DNA from: an uncultured Acidobacteriota bacterium
Lineage (GTDB): Bacteria; Acidobacteriota; Vicinamibacteria; Fen-336
Length of the DNA: 64,000 bases
Direction: 5' to 3'
Assembly: GCA_963720545.1 (NCBI GenBank)
Contig: OY970399.1
Coordinates: forward strand, 1,120,001 to 1,184,000
In this document: positions 1 through 9,588 of the stretch, piece by piece
Layout: every line of letters begins with the position of its first letter
Position numbering within the stretch: the stretch's first letter is position 1
Translations under genes and position numbers: made by a program
Notes under the pieces: model-generated
Seen by the model: only the letters and a program-made list of their open reading frames with translations
What the model was told of the DNA's origin: nothing
The model's database searches: none

Positions 1-1133
1 TCCTGCAAGGAGCGTTCGAACGCTGCCGCCGCTTCGGCGAACTGGTTGAGCTGGCCGCGGGCGAAGCCGAGGTGCAGCAGGAACACGCGGTCGTTGCGCG
101 CGCGCTGGTCGGCGTCGTCCGCCGGCTTGCGCGGCCGCTTCAGCAGCTCCTCGAGCAGGGCCGCGGCGCCGGCGAAGTCGCGCTTCGCTTCGAGGATGGT
201 GACGCGCAGGTAGTCGGCGGCCGCCGGATCGGGCGACAAGGCGCGCAGCTGCGCGGCGGCTTCGAGCGCCTGGTCGAACTGCTTGAGGTCGCGCAGGGCG
301 CGGGCGCGCAGGTCGAGGCCGAAAGTGTTCTTCGCGTCGAGCTTGAGGATGGCGTCGGCTTCGGCAAGAGCTTCCTTGAACTTGCGCGCATCGGCGAGCG
401 CCTCGCCGAGCCCAATGCGCGCCTGCACGTTGTTCGCGTCGAGCTCGAGCGCCTTGCGGTAGTTGAGGATCGCCTGGTCGTACTGCTGGGTCTTCGCGTA
501 GACGCCCGCGAGCCGCTCGTACGACACGCCCATCTCCGGGCGCAGCGCCTTCGCCTTCTCGAACGCGGCAGCCGCGGCCTCGCTGTCGCCCAGCGCCGCG
601 CGGCTCATTCCCAGGCGCTGGTAGACGTCGAAGTTGCCTGGATCGAGCTCGAGGTACTTCTCCCACGAGTCGGCCGCTTCCTTGTTCTTCTCGAGGCGCG
701 TGTACATCATGCCGAGGCTGTAATAGATCCGCGGATCGGGCTGGAGGCGGGCCGCCTCTTCGTATTCCTTCGCGGCCGCAGCGACGCCTTCCGGCTCGCC
801 GCGGCTCGAGTCGAGCAGGACCTCGGCGAGCACCAGCCGGGCGCTCGGGGAATCGCTGTCGAGGCGCACGCCCTCGCGCGCCGTCGCCACCGCTTCGGTG
901 CCGCGATCGAGGTCGCGGAGCGCCAGTGCCAGCTCGGAGCGGATTTCCCCGGCCGTGGGATCGAGTGCCACGGCCTTGTTCAATTCTTCGACCGCGGTCT
1001 TGCCGTCGTCGGCGAGCCGCGCCTGCTGGCCGAGCGAGTAGTGGAAGTAGGCCGCGGCCTGGTTCTGGGAGGCCGACCCCTCGGGCGCGACGGCGGAGAC
1101 GACGAGTGCTGCCGCAAGCAGGAACGGTGTCAC
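1..1133 (-). CDS. Secreted tetratricopeptide repeat protein (3' end beyond window)
   Basis: Manual translation from GTG 1133: signal-like MTPFLLAAALVVSAVA, then repeated TPR helices (KAVALDP, EKYLELDP, YRKALELDA). Absent from the ORF track because it has no stop in the window. Confidence 0.85.
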   Translation of the reverse strand, partial: MTPFLLAAALVVSAVAPEGSASQNQAAAYFHYSLGQQARLADDGKTAVEELNKAVALDPTAGEIRSELALALRDLDRGTEAVATAREGVRLDSDSPSARLVLAEVLLDSSRGEPEGVAAAAKEYEEAARLQPDPRIYYSLGMMYTRLEKNKEAADSWEKYLELDPGNFDVYQRLGMSRAALGDSEAAAAAFEKAKALRPEMGVSYERLAGVYAKTQQYDQAILNYRKALELDANNVQARIGLGEALADARKFKEALAEADAILKLDAKNTFGLDLRARALRDLKQFDQALEAAAQLRALSPDPAAADYLRVTILEAKRDFAGAAALLEELLKRPRKPADDADQRARNDRVFLLHLGFARGQLNQFAEAAAAFERSLQ

Positions 1134-1176
1134 AAGTCGATTGTCTCACACGCCTTCGGGGCCGGCCGTATCGGCG

Positions 1177-1464
1177 TCAGGCGGCCATTTGGGTGGCCCG
1201 GTAGCTGTCGAGGATCCAGTCTTTTACGCGGCGCGCGTCGGCCGGGACGCCCTCGACCGAGCGCAGCAGGTCGAAGTAACGCCGCTCGGTTTCGCTGCCG
1301 AAGGCACGCGCGGGAAACGTAACGTAGACGCCGTCGTCGCCCCCGCGCCACAGGCTGAAGCCGACGAGTTTCATGCCGGCGAGCGGACCTTCGTCGAACA
1401 CGACTTCCGCTTCGCAGACGAGCTTTTCCGGGGCTCCGCCCCGGTTCACGAACTGGACTCTCAT
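1177..1464 (-). CDS. SpoVG-like small nucleic-acid-binding protein
   Basis: 95 aa; KLVGFSLW...YVTFPAR...RYFD...WILDSY pattern resembles SpoVG; GGGAG RBS upstream. Confidence 0.55.
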   Translation of the reverse strand: MRVQFVNRGGAPEKLVCEAEVVFDEGPLAGMKLVGFSLWRGGDDGVYVTFPARAFGSETERRYFDLLRSVEGVPADARRVKDWILDSYRATQMAA

Positions 1465-1627
1465 GGCACTGCTCCCTTCGAATGTTGGTAGTGCTGCTGC
1501 AAGCTGGCGGGAGAGTGCCGGCCCTATCGAGGAACACGCTAACCCGCGGCGGCGGCGCCGGAGGTCCGCTCGCCGCGGTCAATTTCTGGAGAAACGTCTG
1601 CGCGGACCCCTGCGGTACACTCGCGCC

Positions 1628-1801
1628 ATGGCGATTCACCCCGAGCTCCTCGAAATCCTGGCGTGTCCGGTGTGCAAGACTCCGGTGGAGGTGGTGCTCG
1701 GCGGAGCGGGATTGCGGTGCACGCGCTGCTCGCGGGTCTACCCGGTGCGCGACGACATCCCGATCATGCTCCCCGAGGAAGCCACCATCGAGAACGCTTG
1801 A
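1628..1801 (+). CDS. Trm112 family (YcaR-like) protein
   Basis: LLEILACPVCK...LRC..C.RVYPVRDDIPIML motif. Confidence 0.9.
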   Translation: MAIHPELLEILACPVCKTPVEVVLGGAGLRCTRCSRVYPVRDDIPIMLPEEATIENA

Positions 1802-3138
1802 GCCTGGAGCGCCTGCAGCTCGCGGCGGTCGCGGCGATCGCGGCCAGCTGCACGCTGTCGATCTTCGCCGCGCAGGTGTTCCTGGTGGTGGCGCTTGCCG
1901 CCTTCGGCGCGCGCTGGGCGCTAGGCCAGACCGCGCCGCCGCGCCTCGCGGTGGACGGGCCGCTGCTGGCGTTCTCGGTGTGGACGCTGCTCTCGGCCTC
2001 CTTTTCGGCCGACCCCGTCGCCTCGCACGAGAGCGCCAAGAAGCTGGTGCTCTTCGGCCTCGTCTATGTCGCGGTGGACAGCCTGCGCACCAGCGAAGCG
2101 CGCGAACGGGTGGTGGACGCGCTGCTCCTCGGCGGCACCGTGCTCGCCGCCGGCGCGCTGCTGCAGCACTTCTTCCTTGGCTACAACACCATCGCGCGCC
2201 GGCCGACGAGCTTCCTCGGCCACTACATGACCGCCGCCGGCGTGCAGATGGCCACCCTGATCGTCGCCGCCGCGCGCCTCACGTTCGCGTCCCTGCCGGC
2301 GCTGCCGCGGCCGAGCCGCCGCGACCTCTCGGGGTTCGCGCTGCTGGTTGCGGCGCTCGCCGGGCTCACGTTCCTGAAGCGGCTGGGCATGTTCGCGGTC
2401 GAGGCGGAACGCGGCATCGTCGCGGTGGTGGCCGCGGCCGCCGCGTGGTGCGCGCTGTCGCGCAAGGAAGGCGTCGCGAACGGCAGCCGTAGCGCGTGGG
2501 CCTGGCTCGCTGCCGCGATCTCCTGCTTCGCCCTCGTCGTGTCGCTGACGCGCAACGCCTGGCTCGGCGCCATCGCCGGCATCGCCATCCTTATTATGTT
2601 GCGGGCGCCGAAGGCATTCTGGCTGCTGCCGGCAGGCGTCGCCGCACTCCTCATCCTGAGCCCGCGGCCGGTGCTCGACCGCATGACGCTGCGCGACGAC
2701 AGCTCGCGGGACCGTTACTACATGTGGCAGGCGGCTGTGGACATGATCCTCGACCGGCCGGTGTTCGGGCAGGGGCCGGGGATGATCCTGGCCCGCTATC
2801 CGCTCTACCGCTGGCGGGAAGCGCCGAACCCGGAGACGCCGCACCTGCACGACAACGTCCTGCAGATCGCCGCCGAACGCGGCGTGCCTGGCGCGATACT
2901 CTGGGTGTGGATCTTCGTCGGCATGCTGCACGCCGCCTGGCGCGAATGGCGGCGGCCGCCGGGGACCGCGCGCCCCTGGCTCGCGGCTGCTGCGCTCGCC
3001 GTGCTCTCGGGGCTGTTCGTCGCCGGGCTGTTCGAGTACAACTTCGGAGATTCGGAGCTGCTGATGCTGCTGCTGGTGGTCGCCGCCCTGCCGTTGTCCC
3101 TGCGCAGCGCGCGCGCCGCCGAGGCGCTCGCCGCATGA
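1798..3138 (+). CDS. O-antigen ligase (WaaL/Wzy_C) family membrane protein
   Basis: Multi-TM; SLTRNAWLG, RPVFGQGPG and HLHDNVLQIAAERG motifs; TTG start overlaps the upstream stop. Confidence 0.85.
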   Translation: MSLERLQLAAVAAIAASCTLSIFAAQVFLVVALAAFGARWALGQTAPPRLAVDGPLLAFSVWTLLSASFSADPVASHESAKKLVLFGLVYVAVDSLRTSEARERVVDALLLGGTVLAAGALLQHFFLGYNTIARRPTSFLGHYMTAAGVQMATLIVAAARLTFASLPALPRPSRRDLSGFALLVAALAGLTFLKRLGMFAVEAERGIVAVVAAAAAWCALSRKEGVANGSRSAWAWLAAAISCFALVVSLTRNAWLGAIAGIAILIMLRAPKAFWLLPAGVAALLILSPRPVLDRMTLRDDSSRDRYYMWQAAVDMILDRPVFGQGPGMILARYPLYRWREAPNPETPHLHDNVLQIAAERGVPGAILWVWIFVGMLHAAWREWRRPPGTARPWLAAAALAVLSGLFVAGLFEYNFGDSELLMLLLVVAALPLSLRSARAAEALAA

Positions 3139-4133
3139 GCGCTGCCGCTGCCGCGGAAGAGGCGCGCCGCATCCTCGCGCGGCTCAAGGGCCGCCGCATC
3201 CTGGTCGTCGGCGACGTGATGCTCGACGAGTTCGTCTGGGGACGCGTGAGCCGCATTTCGCCGGAGGCACCGGTGCCGGTGGTCGAGGTGTCGCGCGAGA
3301 CGACGAGCGTCGGCGGCGCCGGCAACGTCGCCAACAACGTGCAGGCGCTCGGCGGCCAGGCACTGCTCGTCGGCTACGTCGGCGACGACCAGGCTGGCGA
3401 CGAGGTGCGGCAGTCGCTGGCGGCGAGCGGCGTGGTTTCGCGCCTGGTAACGAGCCCGCAACGCGCGACGACGCGCAAGACCCGCATCATTGCTCACCAG
3501 CAGCAGCTGGTGCGCGCCGACCGCGACCCGGTCGGCGCCCTTCCCGCCGGGGTCGAGCAGAAGCTCGCCGCCGCCTGCCTCGCCGAGCTTGGCTCGTGCC
3601 GCGCCGTCATCGTTTCCGACTACGCGAAGGGGCTGGTGTCGCGGGCGCTGATGCGCGGCATCGTCGCGGCCGCGCGGCGCCGCGGCATTCCGGTGCTGGT
3701 CGACCCGAAAGTGCGGCCCGCGGCCGACTACCTGGGCGCCACCATCGTCACCCCGAACCAGGCGGAGGCCGAGCAGACCGCGGGCCTCCGCATCAGCGAC
3801 GACGCTTCGCTCGCCGAGGCCGGCAAGCGACTGCTCGCCCGGTGGCGTGCGCAAGCGGTACTGGTGACGCGCGGTGAGCGCGGCATGAGCCTGTTCGCGG
3901 CGCACAAGAGGCCGCACCATGTCGCGACGGCGGCGCGCGAGGTGTTCGACGTGACCGGCGCCGGCGACACCGTGATCGCGGCGCTCGGCCTCGCCGTGGG
4001 CGCCGGTGTCGCGCTGCGCAGCGCCGCGGCCCTTGCCAATCTCGCGGCCGGCGTCGTGGTGTCGAAGGTCGGCACGGCGACCGCGAGCCCCGCCGAGGTC
4101 GAGGCGGCAGCGAGGCTCGCGGCACGGCGATGA
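3135..4133 (+). CDS. rfaE1: D-glycero-beta-D-manno-heptose-7-phosphate kinase (HldE kinase domain alone)
   Basis: VVGDVMLDEF.WG.VSRISPEAPVPVV, SDYAKG, DVTGAGDTV. Confidence 0.92.
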   Translation: MSAAAAAEEARRILARLKGRRILVVGDVMLDEFVWGRVSRISPEAPVPVVEVSRETTSVGGAGNVANNVQALGGQALLVGYVGDDQAGDEVRQSLAASGVVSRLVTSPQRATTRKTRIIAHQQQLVRADRDPVGALPAGVEQKLAAACLAELGSCRAVIVSDYAKGLVSRALMRGIVAAARRRGIPVLVDPKVRPAADYLGATIVTPNQAEAEQTAGLRISDDASLAEAGKRLLARWRAQAVLVTRGERGMSLFAAHKRPHHVATAAREVFDVTGAGDTVIAALGLAVGAGVALRSAAALANLAAGVVVSKVGTATASPAEVEAAARLAARR

Positions 4134-5263
4134 GCCTGCGGGTCGCGATCGTCGGCGCCGGCCCCGCGGGTTCGCTGTGCGCGCACGATCTTGCCCGCGG
4201 CGGCGCGGAAGTCGTCGTGTTCGACCCGAGCCACCCGCGCGAGAAGCCCTGCGGCGGCGGGCTCACCGGGCGCGCCCTCGACCTGCTGCCCGAGGCGCCG
4301 GCCGCCGATCCCGCGCCGCTGCGCGCAATCGCCGAGTGCCGCTTCGAATCGGGATCGGGCGAATCGGTGACCGTGCGGCTCCGGCGTCCGATGGCGGTGG
4401 CGTCGCGCAGCCTGCTCGACTCGTGGCTGCTGCGCCAGGCGAAGAATGCCGGCGCACGCCACGTGAGCGAACGGGTCGTGGACGTCGCCTCGGGCGGCTG
4501 GCTCGCGACGAGCGAAGGCCGCCGCCAGCGGTTCGACGTCATCGTCGGCGCGGACGGCGCCGGCAGCCTGGTGCGGCGCACCTTCCTGTCGCCCACGCCC
4601 AAGGAGCGGCTCACCATGGCCGCGGGCTGGTTCGCACCGGGCGACAGCGAACTGGTGGTGCGCTTCGTCCCCGAGTACTCCGGGTACATCTGGCTCTTTC
4701 CCCGCAGCGGCCATGTCGGCGTCGGCGTCGGCGCGCCGCTCGGCGCGGTGCCCACCCGCAGCCTCATCGAGCGCCTCGACAGCGAAGTGCGCCGTTCGTT
4801 CCCGTCGCTCGCCCAGGCCGGACAGCCGCGCTACGCGCACACCATCCCGGCGCCGTCGAGCGATCCGCGCTCCATCACCGAGGTGGCCGGCGACTGCTGG
4901 GCGCTCGTCGGCGACGCCGCAGGGTTCACGGACCCGATCACCGGCGAAGGCATCCACTTCGCGCTCCGCTCCGGGCAGCTCCTCGCCGGCACGCTGCTGG
5001 CCGGCGAAACGACGCTCGGCTACGCGCAACGCGCCCTCGACGACTTCGGCCGCGAGCTGGTGAAGGCGGCGGCGATCCGGCCGCGCTTCTACAGCGCGGC
5101 CTTCGTGCGCCGCGTCATCCGCTATGCTGCGCGCAGCGCTGCCATCCGCGAGGTGCTGGCAGAGCTGGTGCACGGTGAGCAGGGCTATGTCGGCCTGAAG
5201 CGCCGGCTGTTGCGGATAGCGCCGCGCTTCGTCTGGGAGACGCTCACTCACTCGCAGGCCTGA
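4130..5263 (+). CDS. Geranylgeranyl reductase-family FAD oxidoreductase
   Basis: IVGAGPAG, EKPCGGG, GADG, LVGDAAGFTDPITGEGI. Confidence 0.85.
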   Translation: MSLRVAIVGAGPAGSLCAHDLARGGAEVVVFDPSHPREKPCGGGLTGRALDLLPEAPAADPAPLRAIAECRFESGSGESVTVRLRRPMAVASRSLLDSWLLRQAKNAGARHVSERVVDVASGGWLATSEGRRQRFDVIVGADGAGSLVRRTFLSPTPKERLTMAAGWFAPGDSELVVRFVPEYSGYIWLFPRSGHVGVGVGAPLGAVPTRSLIERLDSEVRRSFPSLAQAGQPRYAHTIPAPSSDPRSITEVAGDCWALVGDAAGFTDPITGEGIHFALRSGQLLAGTLLAGETTLGYAQRALDDFGRELVKAAAIRPRFYSAAFVRRVIRYAARSAAIREVLAELVHGEQGYVGLKRRLLRIAPRFVWETLTHSQA

Positions 5264-5281
5264 CCGGCCCAAAGGAGGCTC

Positions 5282-5794
5282 ATGTCGGGAACGTCGATCG
5301 TGCACAAGAGCTCGCGTTCGGGCCTGGCACTCTGTGCGGCACTCGCCTTTCTCCCGCCGCTACTGACGCGCCTCGTCATTGGCCAGGCGTTCTTCCTGAC
5401 CGGACGCGGCAAGATCCAGAACATCGACCAGATCGGGCAGTTCTTCGCGAGCCTCAGCATTCCCCTGCCCGAGGCGAACGCTTTCTTCATCTCGCGCCTC
5501 GAGTACTTCGGCGGCATGCTCCTCGTCATCGGCCTGCTCACGCGGCTGGTGGCGGCGCTGCTCAGCTGCACCATGATCGTCGCCATGATGACGGCCGACA
5601 AGCAAGACTTCCTCGGCGCCTTGCACATGACGAGCGACAAGGGGCTCACCGACGTGGTGCCGTTCGTCTACCTGCTGTTCCTCATCTGGCTCGTGATCAA
5701 GGGCCCCGGCGCCGTCAGCGTGGACGCGTTGCTGAAACGCTGGCTGTTCCGCGGCGAACACGCGCCCGGGCGAGCAGCAAGCCCGCACCAGTGA
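5282..5794 (+). CDS. DoxX family membrane protein
   Basis: FFLTGRGK, EYFGGMLLVIGLLTR, GPGAVSVD. Confidence 0.88.
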   Translation: MSGTSIVHKSSRSGLALCAALAFLPPLLTRLVIGQAFFLTGRGKIQNIDQIGQFFASLSIPLPEANAFFISRLEYFGGMLLVIGLLTRLVAALLSCTMIVAMMTADKQDFLGALHMTSDKGLTDVVPFVYLLFLIWLVIKGPGAVSVDALLKRWLFRGEHAPGRAASPHQ

Positions 5795-8153
5795 GTGCCG
5801 CGGCGGCGGCAGCGGCTGCCGTGAGGGTGGTCCATGAGACCGCTGTCGCAACCGGCCGCGTGCCTTCGCCGGTGAGGACGAACGCCGCCCAGTAGTGCGG
5901 GTGCGCGAGGCTCGTGCCGCTCGCCAGGAAGCGCAGCTTGGCGCGCTGCAGCGCCTGGTCGCGCGCGGCGCCGCGCTGCAAGTGGTAGTAGAACGACGCC
6001 ATGAAGTCGGCCGTCGGCTGGTCGGCCACACGCCACAGCGTCGTCACCGTGCTCGCCGCGCCGGCGGCGAGAAACGCGCGGCTGAAGCTCTGCACGCCTT
6101 CGCCGCGCAGGTAGGCTCCGCGCTCGGTGTCGCAGGCGCTCAGCACGGCTAGCTGCACATCGCCAAGCGGCAGCGAGTAGGCCTCCCGCAGGTAGAGGTA
6201 GTCGGCTGCGCCGCCCGCGACTTGCGGCGAGAACAGAATGCGCGACTGTTCGAGGGCGCTGGTGTCGGCGAACGCATGCGCCGCGATGTGCAGCAGCGGC
6301 GGCCGGCGCCGCTCTTCCTCGAGGTGCCGCTTGCGGTCGTCTGCGCCGAGGTGCGGGAGCACGCGTCCCGACAATTGCGCGGCGACGCGCGCGATCTCGT
6401 CGCGGGTGCCGGGAAGCACCGGATGCGGCGGCGGCGCCTGCGGATCGCCAAAAGCTTCCAGCACCGTTTGCCACGGCCAGCGCCGGCGCGGCGCGAGTGC
6501 AGCGCGGCGCTCGGTCGCGGAGGTGCCGGGCGCCAGCAAGGCCGCGGCGGTTGGCAGGTAACTGACGGGCGCGCGTTCGACCAACAGCCGGTCGGCCACG
6601 GGCAGCACCTCGAAGGGCACGAGTGCGACGGCGCCGTCGGGAACCACGATCACGTGGCGGATGCCGTCGAACCAGTCGCGCGGCGGCAGCAGCTGAGCGA
6701 GAGCCGCAGCATCGGCGCGCCACTCGCGGGCATCGCCGGCAGCGAGCGAGTCGATGAGCCGCTTCGCGGCTGCAACGTCGATCGTGAGCGGCAGGACCTG
6801 CACGCGTAGCCGCGTCACGGCCACCACCGCCGAACCGGCGGCGGAGTTCCAGTAGTCGAGAAGCAGCACTCCGTCGCCTAGGCGCGCCTGCACGTCCGCG
6901 AGCCGCACCCGCGCCGCCAGACCCAGCCGGTCGCGCCAGTCGCGCGAATGCGCCTGTTCCAGCACCGCGAACACCTCGCCCGCGTCTCCCGCGGGAAGGC
7001 GCGCCGCGAGCAGCGCGTCGTAGACGTCGCGCTTGTCGTTGAGGAAGTCCGGCCGCAGCGACGGCACCCGGAGCTCGCCACGGATCTTCTCGATGGTTTC
7101 GACCGCTTCACGAAACTGCGCCGCCGCGCCGTCACGCGTGCCTTCGGTACGGCCGAGGCCGTACAGCCCTTTCCACTCCTCTTCCGGTGTCTTCAGGCTG
7201 CGCGCCAGCGCGACGGCGGCCGTGAAATCGGTGCGCGCGCCCGGCGCATCGCCGCTGCGCAACAGCGCTTCGCCGCGGTAGAGGCGCGCGTGCAGCATTT
7301 CGCGCTGGTTGCCGGCCGTGGTCGCGGTCGCCAGCGCGGCGGCAAATGCCGCGGTGCCGAGGTCGGCGCGGCCGAGGTCCTGCGCGAGGACGATGCCGCG
7401 GTTCTTTATGGCGCCGAGCTCGCCGTCCACGTTGCGGTCGCGACGAAACAGTTGCAGCGCGCGGTCGTAGGTGGCGAGCGCTTTCTGCGGGTCGCCGAGG
7501 CGGCGATAGAGAGCCCCCTCGTTCACCAGCAGCTGCGCGGCTTCGCTCGGCGCGAGCGTGTCGGCATCCCTCGCCAGCTCTTCATAGACCTCGAGCGCTT
7601 CCTGGTACCGGCCGAGCCGCTGGTAGAGGCTCGCCTGGTTCGCGGCCAGGATGCGCCGGCGACGCGCGACCCACGTTGATCCGGCGCCGGGCGGCGACGC
7701 TTTCGTGAGCAGAAGCGCCTGCTGGTAGCGCGCGGCGGCATCGGTGTAGCGCCCGGTGAAGAAGTCGACATTGGCGCGGTTGCCCACCTCTTCGGCCAGG
7801 CCTTCGGTATCGCCGGCGCGCCGCGACGCGTCGATCGCGGCGTCGAGGCTCTGTTGCGCCAGCGCGTAGTCGCCGGCGTAGATCGAGGCGAGCCCGGCGC
7901 GGTTCCTGGCCTTGCCCACGGCGGCCGGGTCGCCGAGCGCCTCGTAGAGCGCCGCCGCTTCCTCGGCATGGCGGCGCGCCGCATTGTACTGGCCGAGATC
8001 AGCCTCACCGCCGGCGGCCTCCAGCAAGGCGTCGGCCCTCTGGCGATCGGCGGCCCGGCCGGCAGGCGCCGCGGGCTCGCCGATCGCCGCCGGAACCAGG
8101 CTAAAAAGCAGGACCAGGGCGGCCAGACTCGGGTCCAACAGGCCGCGGCGCAC
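5715..8153 (-). CDS. TPR + CHAT (caspase-like) domain protease with signal peptide and C-terminal TM helix
   Basis: N-terminal hydrophobic leader, TPRs, IVVPDGAVALVPFE, LHIAAHA (His), VLSACDT (Cys), HPHYWAAFVLTG. Confidence 0.9.
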   Translation of the reverse strand: MRRGLLDPSLAALVLLFSLVPAAIGEPAAPAGRAADRQRADALLEAAGGEADLGQYNAARRHAEEAAALYEALGDPAAVGKARNRAGLASIYAGDYALAQQSLDAAIDASRRAGDTEGLAEEVGNRANVDFFTGRYTDAAARYQQALLLTKASPPGAGSTWVARRRRILAANQASLYQRLGRYQEALEVYEELARDADTLAPSEAAQLLVNEGALYRRLGDPQKALATYDRALQLFRRDRNVDGELGAIKNRGIVLAQDLGRADLGTAAFAAALATATTAGNQREMLHARLYRGEALLRSGDAPGARTDFTAAVALARSLKTPEEEWKGLYGLGRTEGTRDGAAAQFREAVETIEKIRGELRVPSLRPDFLNDKRDVYDALLAARLPAGDAGEVFAVLEQAHSRDWRDRLGLAARVRLADVQARLGDGVLLLDYWNSAAGSAVVAVTRLRVQVLPLTIDVAAAKRLIDSLAAGDAREWRADAAALAQLLPPRDWFDGIRHVIVVPDGAVALVPFEVLPVADRLLVERAPVSYLPTAAALLAPGTSATERRAALAPRRRWPWQTVLEAFGDPQAPPPHPVLPGTRDEIARVAAQLSGRVLPHLGADDRKRHLEEERRRPPLLHIAAHAFADTSALEQSRILFSPQVAGGAADYLYLREAYSLPLGDVQLAVLSACDTERGAYLRGEGVQSFSRAFLAAGAASTVTTLWRVADQPTADFMASFYYHLQRGAARDQALQRAKLRFLASGTSLAHPHYWAAFVLTGEGTRPVATAVSWTTLTAAAAAAAALTGAGLLLARARVRRGTASVSATRPR

Positions 8154-8268
8154 GATACGGGATGGTACATCCGGGCTCGCCCGGATTTGTGTTCCGCAGC
8201 CGCCCCGCGCCGGGTCTTATTTTCCGGGCAAGGACCCCCAATCGAATGACCTCTATACAATCGAAGCC

Positions 8269-8862
8269 ATGGCGCTGCGCGACCTCACCGACGAGCAACT
8301 CGTGGCCGAGTGCCGTCTCGAGGGCTCTGCCCAACGGGAAGCCGCGAAGGACGAGCTGTTCTCGCGCCACTACGCGACCGTCGCGCGCTGGTGCCTGCGC
8401 ATGACGAGCGATCGCGAAGCCGCCGCCGACCTCGCCCAGGACGTGTTCCTGAAGGCGCACCGCTATCTCGATTCGTTCCGTGGCCAGTCGCGCTTCTCGA
8501 CGTGGCTCTACACCATCGCACGCAACGAAACCGCCGATCGCTTCAAGTCGATGCCGGCACCGGTCGAGAGCGAAGAGATCCTCGCCGACCTCGCGGACGA
8601 CGCGCCCGGCCCCGAGCAGCAGGCCGATATCGCCAGCCGCGGGCGACGGGTGCGCGAGTTCCTGGCGAGCACACTCGACGAGACCGAGCGCGCGGTGTTC
8701 GCGCTGCACTTCGGCGAGGACATGCCGCTGGCGGCCGTGACGCGGACGCTGGGCCTCGACAACCGCAGCGGCGCCAAGGCCTACCTCGTCAGCGCCCGGC
8801 GCAAGCTCGCCCGCGTGCTCGACCGTTCCCAGGTCGCTCTTGGGGCAAGGGAGGACGCGTGA
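8269..8862 (+). CDS. ECF RNA polymerase sigma factor
   Basis: DLAQDVFLKA...FRGQSRFSTWLYTIARN region 2; C-terminal HTH. Confidence 0.92.
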   Translation: MALRDLTDEQLVAECRLEGSAQREAAKDELFSRHYATVARWCLRMTSDREAAADLAQDVFLKAHRYLDSFRGQSRFSTWLYTIARNETADRFKSMPAPVESEEILADLADDAPGPEQQADIASRGRRVREFLASTLDETERAVFALHFGEDMPLAAVTRTLGLDNRSGAKAYLVSARRKLARVLDRSQVALGAREDA

Positions 8863-9584
8863 CCAACGAGCGCATAGCCGAGGGTCGGCTGGTGATGGGC
8901 GCGGCTCTGGGAACGACGCCCGATTGCATCGCGACCGCCCGCTTCGAGTCGCCGCTCGGTGCCGCGGATGCCGCGCACCTCGCGACCTGCGCGCATTGCC
9001 AGGCGGAGCTGGCGCTCTTCCGCAGCTTCCACGACGCTTCGCCGCTCGCGGCGGGCGAAGCTGCCGACGTCGAGTGGGTCACCGGCCGCCTGCGCCAGTC
9101 GGCGGCGCCGAACCGGGTCGCCGCTTTCCCCCCGGCGCGTACCACGCGGACAGGCGCCAGCCGCTTCCTGCCGGGCCTCGCCGCCGCTGCGGTGCTGCTG
9201 CTCGGCATCGGCTTTTTCGCGAGCCGGCGAGAACCGGAGCTGCGGCCGCTCGACGGCGGGTCCGTGGCTTATCGCTCGCTGCGCCTCGATCTCCTGTCGC
9301 CAAAAGGCGACCTCGACCGAGCGCCCGGCTCGCTGCAGTGGCACGCGGTTCCTGATGCGGCGCGCTACGACATCGAGGTCCTCGGCGTAGACCGGACGCC
9401 GCTCTGGCGCGGAGTGTCCGAGCAGGCGCAGGTGGCCTTGCCCGAGTCTCTCGTCGCCCAACTGTTGCCCGGACGAACCGTGCTGTGGCGTGTCGTCGCT
9501 TACGACGCGTCCGGCCGCACCCTGGCGGAATCGAACATGGAGCCGTTCCGCGTTGCGATGCGGCCGGCTGTCGGTAAGGATTGA
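8859..9584 (+). CDS. Putative anti-sigma factor (ZAS-like zinc motif, one TM, extracytoplasmic beta domain)
   Basis: HLATCAHC (HxxxCxxC), TM LAAAAVLLLGIGFF; GTGA coupling to the sigma gene. Confidence 0.75.
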   Translation: MTNERIAEGRLVMGAALGTTPDCIATARFESPLGAADAAHLATCAHCQAELALFRSFHDASPLAAGEAADVEWVTGRLRQSAAPNRVAAFPPARTTRTGASRFLPGLAAAAVLLLGIGFFASRREPELRPLDGGSVAYRSLRLDLLSPKGDLDRAPGSLQWHAVPDAARYDIEVLGVDRTPLWRGVSEQAQVALPESLVAQLLPGRTVLWRVVAYDASGRTLAESNMEPFRVAMRPAVGKD

Positions 9585-9588
9585 CGCC

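Noticed and set aside
72..1322. 416-aa plus-strand ORF and many other long antisense or alternate-frame ORFs (e.g. 14195..18145, 22420..25302, 29405..32038, 31893..34394)
   Set aside because: Shadow ORFs typical of high-GC DNA overlapping well-supported genes; only the 3' part of 14195..18145 (from 14776) is a real gene
5715..5794. 80-bp convergent overlap of DoxX and CHAT genes as antisense regulation
   Set aside because: Both overlapping tails are low-complexity extensions, common where stop codons are rare in GC-rich DNA
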